A DNA stretch of 63,482 bases, the filler included, from Squatina squatina (Eukaryota): assembly GCA_031763465.1 (NCBI GenBank). It is 3 parts of 3 records of this genome, joined end to end, with 100 filler letters (N's around TTAATTAATTAA, not from the genome) between each part and the next. Parts side by side here need not be neighbours in the genome. Positions count along the whole stretch, not along the records: positions 43,829 to 63,482 come from JARFOE010000072.1; 2 more parts are not named here. One strand, given 5' to 3'. The translations under genes and the position numbers were made by a program. This document shows, piece after piece, positions 62,190 through 63,482 of the stretch (position 1 is its first letter; the number at the start of each line of letters is the position of its first letter). A model generated the notes under the pieces. That model was given only the letters and a program-made list of their open reading frames with translations, did not search any database and was not told the DNA's origin.

Positions 62190-62301
62190 AAGAACATAAG
62201 AACATATGAAATAGGAGCAGGAGTAGGCCATTCGGCCCCTCGAGCCTGCTCCCCCATTCAACAAGACCATGGCTGATCTTCTACCTCAATGCCATTTTCC
62301 T
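62190..62301 (-). mobile_element. CR1/HER1-type LINE 3' terminus
   Basis: aagaacataagaacata..ggagcaggagtaggccattcggcccctcgagcctgctcc is the reverse of the CR1 tail with its 8-bp terminal repeat. Confidence 0.8.
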
Positions 62302-62648
62302 NNNNNNNNNNNNNNNNNNNNNNNNNNNNNNNNNNNNNNNNNNNNNNNNNNNNNNNNNNNNNNNNNNNNNNNNNNNNNNNNNNNNNNNNNNNNNNNNNNN
62401 NAGTAGTTTAAAAAAAAATTATTCTGCTGTGGCCAATGAACTAAATACCTAAAAACTGCAGTTAAATCTTATATTGGTCCGTTATATGCAGTAAACCTTT
62501 GATCACTGTCGGCTTCTGGAAAAATAGATGATACAATTATGGTTTGACAGTGAATTAAATTGTGATATTGAACCACTACGAACTTTCACAATGCAAAACT
62601 GTCCTGCAATCATATTACTGCAAGTTTAACTTCAGTATTCAGTTCGAA

Positions 62649-63482
62649 TCATGCCAAAACAAACTGCCAGTTAGTCAGCAGTATCTCAATTCCACTGATC
62701 ACTGAGACCACAGATGTGGCTGGGTTCAGTTTTAATGTATTGGCATCACCCTTTTTACACTTGTCTCTGAAAACATAGATACACCCATTGCAACTAGCAA
62801 TCTTCCAGAGGGAGGGTACACGACTCCAAACCTCTGGGAAGCGCAGTCTGGTAAAGCTGTCAAGCAGTGGATTGTAACATACCAAAGAGTCCCCCTCGGC
62901 TACAATAAAAATCAGGTCCTTATGAATAGCGGCGTGCATACGGCCTGCAAAGGGGAGGAGGTACGACTTTAACTGGCACGTTCTGGAGCGTGTGTCAAAA
63001 CACTGGATGAGACGAGATGGTTTGGTAAAGAAGTCCAAGTCATTCTCCTCCCCACCCAGAAGATAGATAGTTCCATTAAGGTTAACACCAGCAGCACAAG
63101 ATACTGCAGTGTCCAGCGGATTGGTTTCAACCCACACATTATCACAGACCACATAATAAATGATAGCACTGGAGAGCGTATCCTGTAGTGTTTTCCCACC
63201 CAGTGAATAAATGGCGTCCTCACTTGGGACAGATACCAACGTGTGCTGAAGGCGATCTCTTGGCAGGGATGCGCACTGTTCCCAGTCCATTGTCTCCATG
63301 TTACACTTCCACATCCGGCGTGGGATGGGGCCACCCACAACATACAGGTCACTGCCATGCTTGCATGCAGCTGTGATCTGCTGGCGCAATCTATTTTGCC
63401 CACTGACACTGATGGCATCATCATCACAGTGCAAAGAAACTGCCAGTGAGTGCGTCCGAGTGTCTTCCTTTCCAATCAGATA
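62649..63482 (-). CDS. KBTBD4: KBTBD4 last coding exon (Kelch propeller), 5' part beyond the window edge
   Basis: YLIGKEDTRTHSLAVSLHC...ITAACKHGSDLYVVGGPIPRRMWKC...GGEENDLDFFTKPSRLIQCFD...LLTNWQFVLA* closely matches recalled KBTBD4. Confidence 0.95.
   Translation of the reverse strand, partial: YLIGKEDTRTHSLAVSLHCDDDAISVSGQNRLRQQITAACKHGSDLYVVGGPIPRRMWKCNMETMDWEQCASLPRDRLQHTLVSVPSEDAIYSLGGKTLQDTLSSAIIYYVVCDNVWVETNPLDTAVSCAAGVNLNGTIYLLGGEENDLDFFTKPSRLIQCFDTRSRTCQLKSYLLPFAGRMHAAIHKDLIFIVAEGDSLVCYNPLLDSFTRLRFPEVWSRVPSLWKIASCNGCIYVFRDKCKKGDANTLKLNPATSVVSVISGIEILLTNWQFVLA

Overview
Eukaryotic (vertebrate) genomic DNA, most likely a shark or other cartilaginous fish, judging from Deu-domain/SacSINE1-type SINEs, CR1/HER1-type LINEs, RTE LINEs and Harbinger/Penelope remnants. 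It is a very fragmented assembly: ~1-5 kb contigs joined mostly by 100-N gaps, plus two artificial N44-TTAATTAATTAA-N44 linkers (20852-20951, 43729-43828) that split the window into three unrelated scaffolds. Scaffold A (1-20851) holds seven ordered minus-strand exons of THSD7B. Scaffold B (20952-43728) holds a 69-bp satellite, two COL12A1-like exons, an RGS17-like last exon, a PLAG-family zinc-finger exon, and an intact single-exon ~695-aa helical protein I cannot assign to a named family. Scaffold C (43829-63482) holds two ABTB2 exons, a partial intronless SLC26 gene with an altered anion-binding site, and the KBTBD4 last exon. Best leads: the orphan helical protein (candidate pore-former), the SLC26 retrogene-like copy, a minimal hammerhead ribozyme in a Penelope-like remnant, and a 224-bp hairpin. 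All homology calls come from recalled sequences, not database searches. Distances across N gaps are unknown.
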